The notes below the pieces were generated by a model. The model was not told the DNA's origin, did no database searches, and worked only from the letters and a program-made list of their open reading frames with translations. From an uncultured Aliarcobacter sp. (lineage in GTDB: Bacteria; Campylobacterota; Campylobacteria; Campylobacterales; Arcobacteraceae): a DNA stretch of 64,000 bases. The stretch's first letter is position 1. Each line of letters opens with the position of its first letter. The stretch is taken from positions 2,144,001 to 2,208,000 of the forward strand of contig OY781945.1 in assembly GCA_963677435.1 (NCBI GenBank). Reading direction: 5' to 3'. The translations under genes were made by a program, and so were the position numbers. Below, piece by piece: positions 39,526-48,341 of this stretch.

Positions 39526-40983
39526 TCAAAAATCTCCTTGTTTTAATTTTTTCAATTGATAATTATCAATTATTGTAGGTAAATTATTTTTTAAAATAGC
39601 TTTTATATTAGTGTAATATGCACCTTTTGGATATGGTATATACTGTCTTTGAGCCATATCAAAAGGTAATTGTTTTTCTTTATCATCTTCTTCTGTTCTA
39701 AGTAATAATGATGGCTTATCTAAACCTTCAGCATAAGCAACTTCATATAAAACATTTTGATTTATTCCTGTTAAATCAGCAACAAAAATATCGCACTCTT
39801 TAATCTGATTTAGTAATCTTTGATCTATTCTTTGACTAGCACCTCTATGTCTCATAATAGGAAATAGCTCATAAAAGATATCTTTTTCTTGCTCTATTTC
39901 TTTTAAAGCTTCTTTAAAAAGCTTATTGTATTCATTTACAACTGCATGAGACCAATATGGCATAGCTACAAATATTTTTAATTTCCGATGTTCTATTAAG
40001 TTTTCAAATATACTTATTATTGTTTCTGATTCAATTTCCCTAATTTCATGAAAATAATTTTTTAATATCCAATTTTCTAATTGTATAAGTTTATCAGGAT
40101 TATGTACGGAATAAAAGATAAATACTATACAAACAGAAGAATTAATTTGTAAATTAAGTGCTTTATTTTTTCTATAAATAAATTCAACTTTTCTAAGTAT
40201 TTCTACAAATGCCTCTAAATTTGTTTGAGGTTTATATTTTTCTAATAATTCAAATATTTTTACAAAAGCACTTATTTGCATATTTTCTAACTGTTCAGTA
40301 ATTATTGGAGCTATTGATTTAATATTAAATTCATTTACTCTTCTTGAAAAAAGATAACTGTTACCAAATTCATTCTTTAAATTCTCATCAGAAAAATTTT
40401 GCTTATCAAGTATAATAGACCTTAAAACCTCTTCAGTTTTTAGAGGTACAACTTTTGAATTGATATTATGGAAAAGTGTTTTTTCTTGTTTTTGTATTTT
40501 ATCTGATTCAAATAATATAATACAAAAAGGTATCTCTTCATCATAATCTTTCTGTGTATTATTAGCATTTAATCTATGGTTTCCATCTATTCTACCAAAT
40601 ATCTTTTCATCAGAATTTAAAGAAACATTTACAATTGTAAGTAAAATATTTTGTCTTTTTGATAATGTCTTAACAACAACATCATTAACATTTGACTTAA
40701 ATCCTTTTTTATTATTAAAAATATCTTGAATAGGATTTACACCACTTTTAGCATTAGAACTAGTAAAATCATATTTTAAATCTAGTGATAAAATAACTTC
40801 AGGAAAAAACAAGTCTTCTCCTCGACTATAATAATCACTTATTTCCTGAAGATGTTGAGGAATTATTTCTCTTTGATAATTTTTTGATTCAGAATACTTA
40901 ACTATTTCAGAAAATTTTGCAGTTCCTCTTATTGTAATATAACCACCAAAAGTTTTTCCTAATTGTCCTTGAAGTTTAAACAC
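39526..40983 (-). CDS. DGQHR/DndB-like (ParB-fold) domain fused to a nucleoside 2-deoxyribosyltransferase/TIR-like hydrolase domain
   Basis: N-terminal YQR, FPEVILS, RIDGNHRL, LFHNINSK; C-terminal IFVAMPY, DIFVADLTGINQNVLYEVAYA, LPFD; GTG start overlaps the S-subunit stop. Confidence 0.8.
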   Translation of the reverse strand: MFKLQGQLGKTFGGYITIRGTAKFSEIVKYSESKNYQREIIPQHLQEISDYYSRGEDLFFPEVILSLDLKYDFTSSNAKSGVNPIQDIFNNKKGFKSNVNDVVVKTLSKRQNILLTIVNVSLNSDEKIFGRIDGNHRLNANNTQKDYDEEIPFCIILFESDKIQKQEKTLFHNINSKVVPLKTEEVLRSIILDKQNFSDENLKNEFGNSYLFSRRVNEFNIKSIAPIITEQLENMQISAFVKIFELLEKYKPQTNLEAFVEILRKVEFIYRKNKALNLQINSSVCIVFIFYSVHNPDKLIQLENWILKNYFHEIREIESETIISIFENLIEHRKLKIFVAMPYWSHAVVNEYNKLFKEALKEIEQEKDIFYELFPIMRHRGASQRIDQRLLNQIKECDIFVADLTGINQNVLYEVAYAEGLDKPSLLLRTEEDDKEKQLPFDMAQRQYIPYPKGAYYTNIKAILKNNLPTIIDNYQLKKLKQGDF

Positions 40984-42415
40984 TTTTATCTCCCAATATC
41001 ATCTTTTCCACCTCTTTTTTTGCATCTTCAAAAATTTGTATTGCTTCATTTTTTAGAGCCTGTGCTTCATCTCGTAAGTTTTGAATATGGTTTGCGATTT
41101 TATTTTGTTTTTCAAAGTCTATATCATCATTTATTATTGGAATAGGAACCAATAACTTTTTAGCACTATTTGAACCTAAAAATGGAACTCCACCTCCACC
41201 TGAAAGTTGTTCTATTAATATTTTTCCAATTGATGACATAAAAAATGCAGAGATATAAATAGAATTGTAATTTTCTTTTAATCTTATTACTCCTGTATTG
41301 TTATCAACGGTATAACTAAAATTGTTTTTAGTCTGATTAAAAACTGAAAATTTGTATTTTTTTATTGCTTCACCTATAAAAGGAGCAATAATATCTCCGT
41401 TTATTAACTTCTTAGTCTCTGGTATATATCCTATAAATTCTACATTCTCAAAGTCTATTTTATTATCATTCATAATATTTTTGACTTTTAATAAAATATT
41501 TTCTTCTTTAGTAGTTAAATTTTGCCCCACCCCTTGAAAAATATTTAGAGAGATTTTGCCAAGAGTTATAAGCTGAAAGTTTTTGTTTTGATTTAAATAA
41601 TATATATTTTCATAGTAACGATTTCTATAATAATCTGCATCAAACCTATCCCCACTTAACTCACTAACTTTTCTAAAAAATACTCTATCTTCCAAACTCT
41701 CTTTTTCATTACTATATGATTTTATTCCAAGTTCATTTAAAAGGTACGCATCAATACTATCAAGCTTACTTTGAGCCTCTTTTTCTTTTTGTTCTTTTTG
41801 TTTGTAAGCATTATTTAATTTTAAAACTATATTTTCATCATAAACTATAGGAATAGATAATAATGCAGGATAATCAAGAGCTGGTCTTGTTCCTCCTGTG
41901 GCTCTTCTTGAAGCTAATTTTTCAGCTATATCAAGATTGAGATAAGTTGCTAATGTTTCACTTGTTTTTCTATCTTTTGTTTTTATTACAACCATGTGCT
42001 GATTTGTATTACCTACAAATCCTTTTTCAGGAACTGAAGCGATAGCCATTCTTCCAACACCTGTAATTTTAACAAGCAAATCATCTTCTTCAACTTGACT
42101 TCGTCTAAGCATTTTTTGGTGTGTATCTTTGGTAATAAATTTTAAACCATCAAAATCAAGCTTCCCATATTTAGTTAAATTTTGAACTCGTAAAAATGGA
42201 ATACCATCTTTTTCATTCTCTGAATAATATTCGTTTTCTATAGATTTTTTTGGTGTTGCTCCACTGCTTACAGTTATTACAAAATCTTTTAATTTTTTCA
42301 TAGATACTTTTTTAACTTGATTTTCTAATTCCACTATTTCAGGTATGTAAAAAAATGGATCTAATCTACTACTTGAGATTTCACTAAATTTTGTATAAAA
42401 AATATTTTTTGTCAT
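40976..42415 (-). CDS. Restriction-modification specificity (S) subunit with two target recognition domains
   Basis: Repeated RLDPFFY/RFDADYY openers, SGATP, GIPFLRVQN, helical spacers (EKQNKIA...EVEKMILG). Confidence 0.88.
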   Translation of the reverse strand: MTKNIFYTKFSEISSSRLDPFFYIPEIVELENQVKKVSMKKLKDFVITVSSGATPKKSIENEYYSENEKDGIPFLRVQNLTKYGKLDFDGLKFITKDTHQKMLRRSQVEEDDLLVKITGVGRMAIASVPEKGFVGNTNQHMVVIKTKDRKTSETLATYLNLDIAEKLASRRATGGTRPALDYPALLSIPIVYDENIVLKLNNAYKQKEQKEKEAQSKLDSIDAYLLNELGIKSYSNEKESLEDRVFFRKVSELSGDRFDADYYRNRYYENIYYLNQNKNFQLITLGKISLNIFQGVGQNLTTKEENILLKVKNIMNDNKIDFENVEFIGYIPETKKLINGDIIAPFIGEAIKKYKFSVFNQTKNNFSYTVDNNTGVIRLKENYNSIYISAFFMSSIGKILIEQLSGGGGVPFLGSNSAKKLLVPIPIINDDIDFEKQNKIANHIQNLRDEAQALKNEAIQIFEDAKKEVEKMILGDKSV

Positions 42416-42416
42416 T

Positions 42417-44594
42417 TTAAAGACTTTCGATGAATTTTTTTAGCTCAGTTGCTATATATTTAAGTTCATTAGTATTTGTTTCTTTTCCTGTTGCATCATA
42501 ACCTATATCCTCAGCTATTGCCATAAAAATATCATAATCATATTTTTTCAAGGCTTCTTCTTTTGAAGTTTTGTACAATTCTTTCATCTCATCTTTTAGG
42601 TTTGATAATTTATCTGTATATTCTTTACTTAGTTCTGCTTTTGCATCTTTTAATTCTTGACTATCTTTTTGAAAAAGACTATTTAGTTCTTTTACTTTTT
42701 GCTTTTTTTCATCTTCAAAAACTTTTACTTTTTGCCAAAAGTTTTGTTGTGTTACTAAATCATTTTGAAGTTTTAATTTTAGATTTTTGATATTATTACT
42801 CTCATTTTCAGAGTATTTTTTCAGAAATAAAACACTACTTTTTACACCTGCACCTGTTGCACTAAATGCTGTTTGAGGCATAGAAACAACTGCTATTATT
42901 CTAAACATCTCTTCAATACTATCTCTTACATATTGAAGTGAAGAGTTTGTAAGTATCCCATCAGGTATTACGATAGCTAGTATTCCACTACCTACTTTTA
43001 AAAAGTTATATGCTTGTTCTATAAAAAGTACTTCTGTGCTTTGATTTTCTCTACCTTTTCTAACTCCATTAGAAGTGTCCAGCCAATTTGTTTCTTTGAT
43101 ACCAAACCCATATTGATGTAAATATGCTTTTTCTGTTTGTTTTACAGATGATCCAAATGGTGGATTTGTAAGAATAAAATCAAAATGATTTTCTTTAAAC
43201 TTATCATTTCTACCTTTTTTTTGTATAGTATTTTCATTTCTTGTTTTTCTAGCTTCTCTCTCATCATCTGTTTCGTATAAAGGTTCAGGTTCAGGAGTAA
43301 TTTGAAGCAAGCCATCACAAGAAATAACATTAGTATGTCCATCATCATGAATTATCATATTCATTTTTGCTGTTCTTGCTATTTGCTCATTTATTTCTAT
43401 TCCATAAAGATTATGTTCTGCAAAATCATGCCAATACTTTTTCCAATCTACTTTTTCATCTGGATCTATCTCATAATCTGGATATTCAATATTTGCTTGT
43501 TGTCGTACCTTATCAAGTGCATGAAGTAAAAAACCACCACTTCCACATGAAGTATCAAGTACATAGCTATCTTTTTTTATAGGTAAAACATCTACAATAA
43601 ATTTTACGATTGGTCTTGGAGTAAAATATTGCCCAAAATCACCTCTAAAAAATGACCCCATAAAAGTCTCAAATGCCCGACCTTTACTATCTAAATCTGT
43701 TTTATTTAGATTTATTCCCTCTAAATATCCAACAACTGTACGAACTTTATCAGCATTAAGTCTTACTCCATCTTTAAAAACCTCAGGATCTTTAAGTGCT
43801 CCTTGTGCATATAGTTCATTTATTCTATCAAGAAGATTTTTATTTGTAATTTTTTTATTTTCTTCTTCTTCTCCATCTTTGTCTAATTGAATATATGGAA
43901 TAATCTGAAATTTATAAGGTTCTTTTCTATTACAATTTCTTTCATCCCAAATTTTACAAAATATAAGTTTATCGAGTTCATCAAATGCCTCACTAGGATT
44001 TAATTCTCCACCTGCCCAAAGCGCATTGTGTGCTTGTTTAAATCTTTTTGTAAGATTATCTTCTGTAACAATTTCCAATTCGTGATATTTAGGGTCACCT
44101 TTTACATACTTGAATTTTGGAACAAACTTTTCACCAAATGCAGGAACATCTACTATTGTAATTCTATCTTTTGGTTTTTTCTTTGGAACTTGATAATATT
44201 CATTTTTAATACCTGATGTTGTCCAAACAAATTTTGCGCCCTCAGATACTGCATAGCTAAATGCCTGATTAACAGCTGTTTTAAATTCAAGTTCAGAAAT
44301 CTCTTCTTTTTTACACTCAACAACAATATAAGGAGATAAATGATCTTTATCATTGTAAACAATTATATCAGCTTCTTTTTTCGCAATACCCATTTGAACA
44401 GTAACAAACATTCTAATATTTTCAACCGGATATTTATATTCTAAAATCAATTTTAAAAAGGTTTGTGCTTGTATTTTTTCTTCTGGATTTTGATAATTTC
44501 TAGGTCTATGATGATTTATATAAGTTATGTAATTTGTTTCATTATCAATTTTTATATAACCTAAAGATTCACCTTGTTTTATTAAATCGTTCAT
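42417..44594 (-). CDS. Fused restriction endonuclease (HsdR_N-type PD-D/ExK) and N6-adenine DNA methyltransferase (Type IIG/IIB-like RM protein)
   Basis: PEEKIQ...YKYP...ADIIVY...VECKK nuclease; GQYFTPR, DTSCGSGGF (motif I), GIEIN, NPPF (motif IV), IVIPDGIL. Confidence 0.92.
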   Translation of the reverse strand: MNDLIKQGESLGYIKIDNETNYITYINHHRPRNYQNPEEKIQAQTFLKLILEYKYPVENIRMFVTVQMGIAKKEADIIVYNDKDHLSPYIVVECKKEEISELEFKTAVNQAFSYAVSEGAKFVWTTSGIKNEYYQVPKKKPKDRITIVDVPAFGEKFVPKFKYVKGDPKYHELEIVTEDNLTKRFKQAHNALWAGGELNPSEAFDELDKLIFCKIWDERNCNRKEPYKFQIIPYIQLDKDGEEEENKKITNKNLLDRINELYAQGALKDPEVFKDGVRLNADKVRTVVGYLEGINLNKTDLDSKGRAFETFMGSFFRGDFGQYFTPRPIVKFIVDVLPIKKDSYVLDTSCGSGGFLLHALDKVRQQANIEYPDYEIDPDEKVDWKKYWHDFAEHNLYGIEINEQIARTAKMNMIIHDDGHTNVISCDGLLQITPEPEPLYETDDEREARKTRNENTIQKKGRNDKFKENHFDFILTNPPFGSSVKQTEKAYLHQYGFGIKETNWLDTSNGVRKGRENQSTEVLFIEQAYNFLKVGSGILAIVIPDGILTNSSLQYVRDSIEEMFRIIAVVSMPQTAFSATGAGVKSSVLFLKKYSENESNNIKNLKLKLQNDLVTQQNFWQKVKVFEDEKKQKVKELNSLFQKDSQELKDAKAELSKEYTDKLSNLKDEMKELYKTSKEEALKKYDYDIFMAIAEDIGYDATGKETNTNELKYIATELKKFIESL

Positions 44595-44622
44595 TATTTA
44601 TATCTCCAATTTTAAGGACTTG

Positions 44623-44630
44623 ATTGTATC
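44623..44630 (-). promoter_or_regulatory. Putative -10 box (gaTACAAT) of the RM operon
   Basis: Minus strand gaTACAAT about 29 nt before the ATG, with a GGAG Shine-Dalgarno between. Confidence 0.45.
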
Positions 44631-44831
44631 TAATTATTCATTACATAAAAATAATTTTTAGATTATGTTTATAATAGTTTTTATTGGAAAATAAGTACAA
44701 TGAATATTAAAATAAGATATCAATTTTATTATCCTAATAAAAAATTATCACAAAAATATAACTACAATAATTTCTTAAAGCTCTTAGGTATTTTTAGAAC
44801 AAAAAAATATAAATGATGCTAAAATATGCCT

Positions 44832-45464
44832 ATGATTTGTCAAAACTGCAATAACACTACTTTTTATACTTTAGCAAATGATTACATCAAGTGTAAGACT
44901 TGTGCAAAAAAGTATTCTTTAAAAAAACTTCAAAAAGATGATTTAATTATGATTAAATTTTGTGAAAATAAAAATGCCCTTGAACTAGCCAAAGAGTTAG
45001 AGGTAAATTATAAAACCATAAAAGATAGATTTGATATTTTTAGAAAAAAAATTGCTTTGTTTTTAGAGCATGAATACAATAACTCAATCAAAGATTACAA
45101 TGAATATGAAGAGTTTTATTATATAAAAGAGCGAGAAAAAAAGAAAAAGAAAAAATCTCTAAGTGAAGCTATAAACATAATGGGATTTTATTCAAATGAA
45201 AAAGTTTACACACTTTTGATGCCAAAAATTGGGAAACGAGCCTTTGATATTGAAGATGGTTTTATTCAGTATTTAAACTGGAATAAAATTCATTCAAAAA
45301 ATTCTCACCAAACAAAACTAAATGAATTTTGGAAATTTTTAGAAGATAATCTGAAAAAATATAAAGGTTTTGATGAAGATAACTTCTTTTACTATTTAAA
45401 AGAGTCGGAGTTTAGATTTAATTATACACACGAAGAACAAATAGAGATTTTAAAAAAACTCTAA
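44832..45464 (+). CDS. IS1595-family transposase-derived protein with degenerate DDE site (probably domesticated)
   Basis: Zn ribbon CxxC...CxxC, HTH (ALELAKELEVNYKTI), C-terminal FW..L...KYKG....F..YLKESEFRFN; no terminal inverted repeats seen; TGnTAAAAT ends 7 nt before ATG 44832. Confidence 0.75.
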   Translation: MICQNCNNTTFYTLANDYIKCKTCAKKYSLKKLQKDDLIMIKFCENKNALELAKELEVNYKTIKDRFDIFRKKIALFLEHEYNNSIKDYNEYEEFYYIKEREKKKKKKSLSEAINIMGFYSNEKVYTLLMPKIGKRAFDIEDGFIQYLNWNKIHSKNSHQTKLNEFWKFLEDNLKKYKGFDEDNFFYYLKESEFRFNYTHEEQIEILKKL

Positions 45465-45515
45465 TTTTAGGCTTGACTTTAATTTATTTTAAATAAGCTT
45501 AACTACAATACGCAA

Positions 45516-46673
45516 ATGAATAATATCCCAAAACTAACCCTTTTAACTCTACTTTTATTAGCAATGACAACAAGTATGTCAAATGTTGCTATTGTTACTA
45601 TGTTGCCTCACTTAAAAGATTATTTTAAAGATGTAGCTAATATTGAATTTTACTCACGATTGATGTTGACACTTCCTTCTTTGGTAATTGCACTTCTTGC
45701 GCCTATTTTGGGACATTTTATATTTAAATTTGGAAAGAAAAAATCAGTAGTTATTGCACTGTTTTTCTTCTCTTTATTTGGTAGTGCTGGATTATATCTT
45801 GATAGTATTGAGAGTTTATTAATCTCTAGGGCATTTTTTGGAGTTTGTGTTGCTACACTTATGATTGTTTCAACTTCTTTGATTGGAGATTATTTCAAAG
45901 AAAAAGAAAGACATAAATTTATGGGTTATCAAAGTGCCTTTATGGCTTTTGGTGGTGTATTTTTTGTGATGGGCGGAGGTTTTTTATCTGATATTAGCTG
46001 GAGATTTCCCTTTGCAATTTATCTAATGGGATTGGTTTTACTGCCACTTGCTTTTTATAATTTAAAAGAAGTAAAATTTGACGATGACAAGATAGAACAA
46101 ACTGTACATATCAGTTCAAATATCTTGTTTGTATATTTTCTTGCTTTCTTTTTTATGTTGATATTTTATATTTTACCTACTCAAATTCCATTTTTGATAA
46201 TTGAAAAATTCAAGGCAAGTGGTTCATTAGCAGGAACTATAATTGCTGTGGCATTTTTTTGTAATGCTTTGGGGGCAATAACTTTTTCAAAATTAAAAAC
46301 TAGATTTAATTATTCAACTATTTATCTTATTGGTATATTTTTAATGGCAATAGGTTTTTCTTTAGTTGGAGTGATAAATAATGTTCACTTATTTTTCATT
46401 AGCAGTCCAATTTTAGGATTTGCAGGTGGAATTATGATGACAAATGTTACATCTTGGATGTTGAGTAAAACAAGTGTAGAAAAAAGAGTTAAAAGCTCAG
46501 GATATTACACATCAGCCATATTTTTTGGACAATTTCTATCTCCTGTTGTATTTCATCCAATTATCGAAAAACTTAGTGATATTCAAGACTTTTTTTCATT
46601 AATTGGTAGTTTTTTATTTATAATTATATTTATATTTGTTCTAAAATATTTTTATCAAGCTTATAAATCTTAG
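45516..46673 (+). CDS. MFS transporter
   Basis: About 12 TM helices; G....KFGKK motif A variant, LIGDYF...ER..FMG, SWRFPF. Confidence 0.9.
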   Translation: MNNIPKLTLLTLLLLAMTTSMSNVAIVTMLPHLKDYFKDVANIEFYSRLMLTLPSLVIALLAPILGHFIFKFGKKKSVVIALFFFSLFGSAGLYLDSIESLLISRAFFGVCVATLMIVSTSLIGDYFKEKERHKFMGYQSAFMAFGGVFFVMGGGFLSDISWRFPFAIYLMGLVLLPLAFYNLKEVKFDDDKIEQTVHISSNILFVYFLAFFFMLIFYILPTQIPFLIIEKFKASGSLAGTIIAVAFFCNALGAITFSKLKTRFNYSTIYLIGIFLMAIGFSLVGVINNVHLFFISSPILGFAGGIMMTNVTSWMLSKTSVEKRVKSSGYYTSAIFFGQFLSPVVFHPIIEKLSDIQDFFSLIGSFLFIIIFIFVLKYFYQAYKS

Positions 46674-47280
46674 TTGCCAAACTATCTATAAAACTTCTAT
46701 GATGAGAGACTATTATCATAGATTTTTTTATTGAGTTTAAAATATCAATTATCTTTTTTTGTGATTCTTCATCAAGGGCATTTGTTGGTTCATCAAGAAG
46801 TAAAATTTTTGGTTTTAAAATCAAAAGTCCAGCAAGGGCAACAATTTTTTGTTCACCTCCACTTAAATCAAAAATCACCCTATTTTCTAAGTGAGAAATT
46901 CCAAGTTCTTTTAATATCTGTTTTCCTTGGATTATTGATTCATCTTTTAATATACCTTTTGCTCTTAGGGAAAAAATCACATCTTCTATAACTGTTGGAC
47001 ATAAAAAGTGGTTCGTAACATCTTGGGGTAAATATCCTATATCGCTTCTATATTTTGAGAAATCTTTTAAATCTTTCATTTTGTCGTGGAAGATTTCAAC
47101 TTCTCCACAAAGAGGTTTTATTAATCCTGCGATTATTTTTAGAAGTGTACTTTTACCTGAACCATTTGAGCCAACTATTGCTATTTTTTCTTCATGGCCT
47201 AGATTTAAAGTTACATCTGAAAAAATTCGTTTATCTTCATTTTCATAAGAAACACTTCTTAAATTTACTGAACAACTCAT
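46630..47280 (-). CDS. ECF-type Ni/Co transporter ATPase (NikO/CbiO)
   Basis: GSNGSGKST, PTVIEDVIF, LSGGEQK, DEPT; last gene of the metal ECF operon. Confidence 0.88.
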   Translation of the reverse strand: MSCSVNLRSVSYENEDKRIFSDVTLNLGHEEKIAIVGSNGSGKSTLLKIIAGLIKPLCGEVEIFHDKMKDLKDFSKYRSDIGYLPQDVTNHFLCPTVIEDVIFSLRAKGILKDESIIQGKQILKELGISHLENRVIFDLSGGEQKIVALAGLLILKPKILLLDEPTNALDEESQKKIIDILNSIKKSMIIVSHHRSFIDSLATKIYKLDKNILEQI

Positions 47281-47918
47281 ATGTATAAAACCTTTATTAA
47301 ATAAATAATTACAAGAGAAGATATTACTAAAATATCTTTTTTACTAATTTTGTTTGTTTCAAGCAGAAATATCTGCGATTTAAAACCACGAGCATTCATA
47401 CTAAGTTTCATATCTTCTGATTTTTTTATGGCTTTTATAAACATCATAGCAAAAATATTACCAAAGGTTTGATAAACAAACATAGAAGTTTGGGCTTTAA
47501 AACCTCTTAATTTCAAAGTTGTTTTTATATTTTTAAACTCTTTTAGCAAATACTCAATCAAACAAATAGTGAAATAAAATATTGAGATAAATTTAGCAGA
47601 AAATTTCAAACTATTAAAACCTCTTACAATATCATAACCCTTTGATTTATAAAAAATCGTAATATTAAACAATAAAATCAAGTTTGTTCTAAAAAATAAC
47701 TCAATAGCCATTTGATGATTTTTAAAAGCTACAAATAAAACTAAAAATATTATAAAGAAGTTTAATAAAAATAGTTTTTTAAATATCTTTATAATACTTT
47801 TTTTCTCAAAAAATAGTACTAATAAAATTGGCAATATATAAAAATACTCCAAAGAAGTAAAAGCAACTAACAAAGAAAAAAGTAGTGAAACAATAAGTTT
47901 TATGGCTTCGTTATTCAT
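47277..47918 (-). CDS. ECF transporter transmembrane T component (NikQ/CbiQ)
   Basis: Hydrophobic protein with two conserved xRG motifs (LRGF, ARGF). Confidence 0.85.
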   Translation of the reverse strand: MNNEAIKLIVSLLFSLLVAFTSLEYFYILPILLVLFFEKKSIIKIFKKLFLLNFFIIFLVLFVAFKNHQMAIELFFRTNLILLFNITIFYKSKGYDIVRGFNSLKFSAKFISIFYFTICLIEYLLKEFKNIKTTLKLRGFKAQTSMFVYQTFGNIFAMMFIKAIKKSEDMKLSMNARGFKSQIFLLETNKISKKDILVISSLVIIYLIKVLYI

Positions 47919-48341
47919 CTATTGTTCTTTTTTCCTTTTAACTCTTTTTATTGCATAAAAAATTAAAGCTATTAAAACCAATGAAATTAACATTTTAATA
48001 TGTTCATCTGATTTTTGCTCTTTTATGTGATTTTGTAAGGTTTCATTTTTTATATTTTCAACAATCACATCTTGTTTTGCAATATGTCCAGATGTTGCAT
48101 CAACTGTTATTTCTATCTCTTTATATTTTGAAGTAAAATGATATTTTCCTTTTTCATCTAGTTTATCTTCTAAAATTAAATTTTCATTATTTTTAATAAG
48201 TAACCTACAATTCATACAAGGTGTACCATCTGCAAAATAAGAGTAAATTTCAACACCATTTTGTTCATTTGTTACAAATAGATTTAGTTTGTGAGCAAAC
48301 AATGAGCTTGCCAAGATTATAAATATTAGAAAACTTTTCAA
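47919..48341 (-). CDS. Nickel ECF accessory protein (NikL/CbiL-like)
   Basis: Signal peptide cleaved before H (AH.LNLF), YFADG, GH motif, C-terminal TM anchor; between the M and Q genes. Confidence 0.65.
   Translation of the reverse strand: MKSFLIFIILASSLFAHKLNLFVTNEQNGVEIYSYFADGTPCMNCRLLIKNNENLILEDKLDEKGKYHFTSKYKEIEITVDATSGHIAKQDVIVENIKNETLQNHIKEQKSDEHIKMLISLVLIALIFYAIKRVKRKKEQ

Noticed and set aside
39526..40983. Phosphorothioation (Dnd) or 7-deazaguanine (Dpd) system suggested by the DGQHR domain
   Set aside because: No dndACDE, ssp or dpdA-type genes in the window; the domain is fused to a different module inside an RM operon.
40976..44594. Classical Type I RM system (hsdRMS)
   Set aside because: No DEAD-box HsdR translocase is present, and the nuclease domain is fused to the methyltransferase.
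38370..44770. att-like or inverted repeats bounding the RM cassette (ctacaataa near 38380 on the minus strand and near 44762 on the plus strand)
   Set aside because: Only 9 bp of AT-rich sequence, expected by chance; no integrase or tRNA nearby.
44700..45515. Active IS1595 insertion sequence
   Set aside because: No terminal inverted repeats or target-site duplication seen, and the DDE residues are degenerate; reported as a CDS rather than a mobile element.
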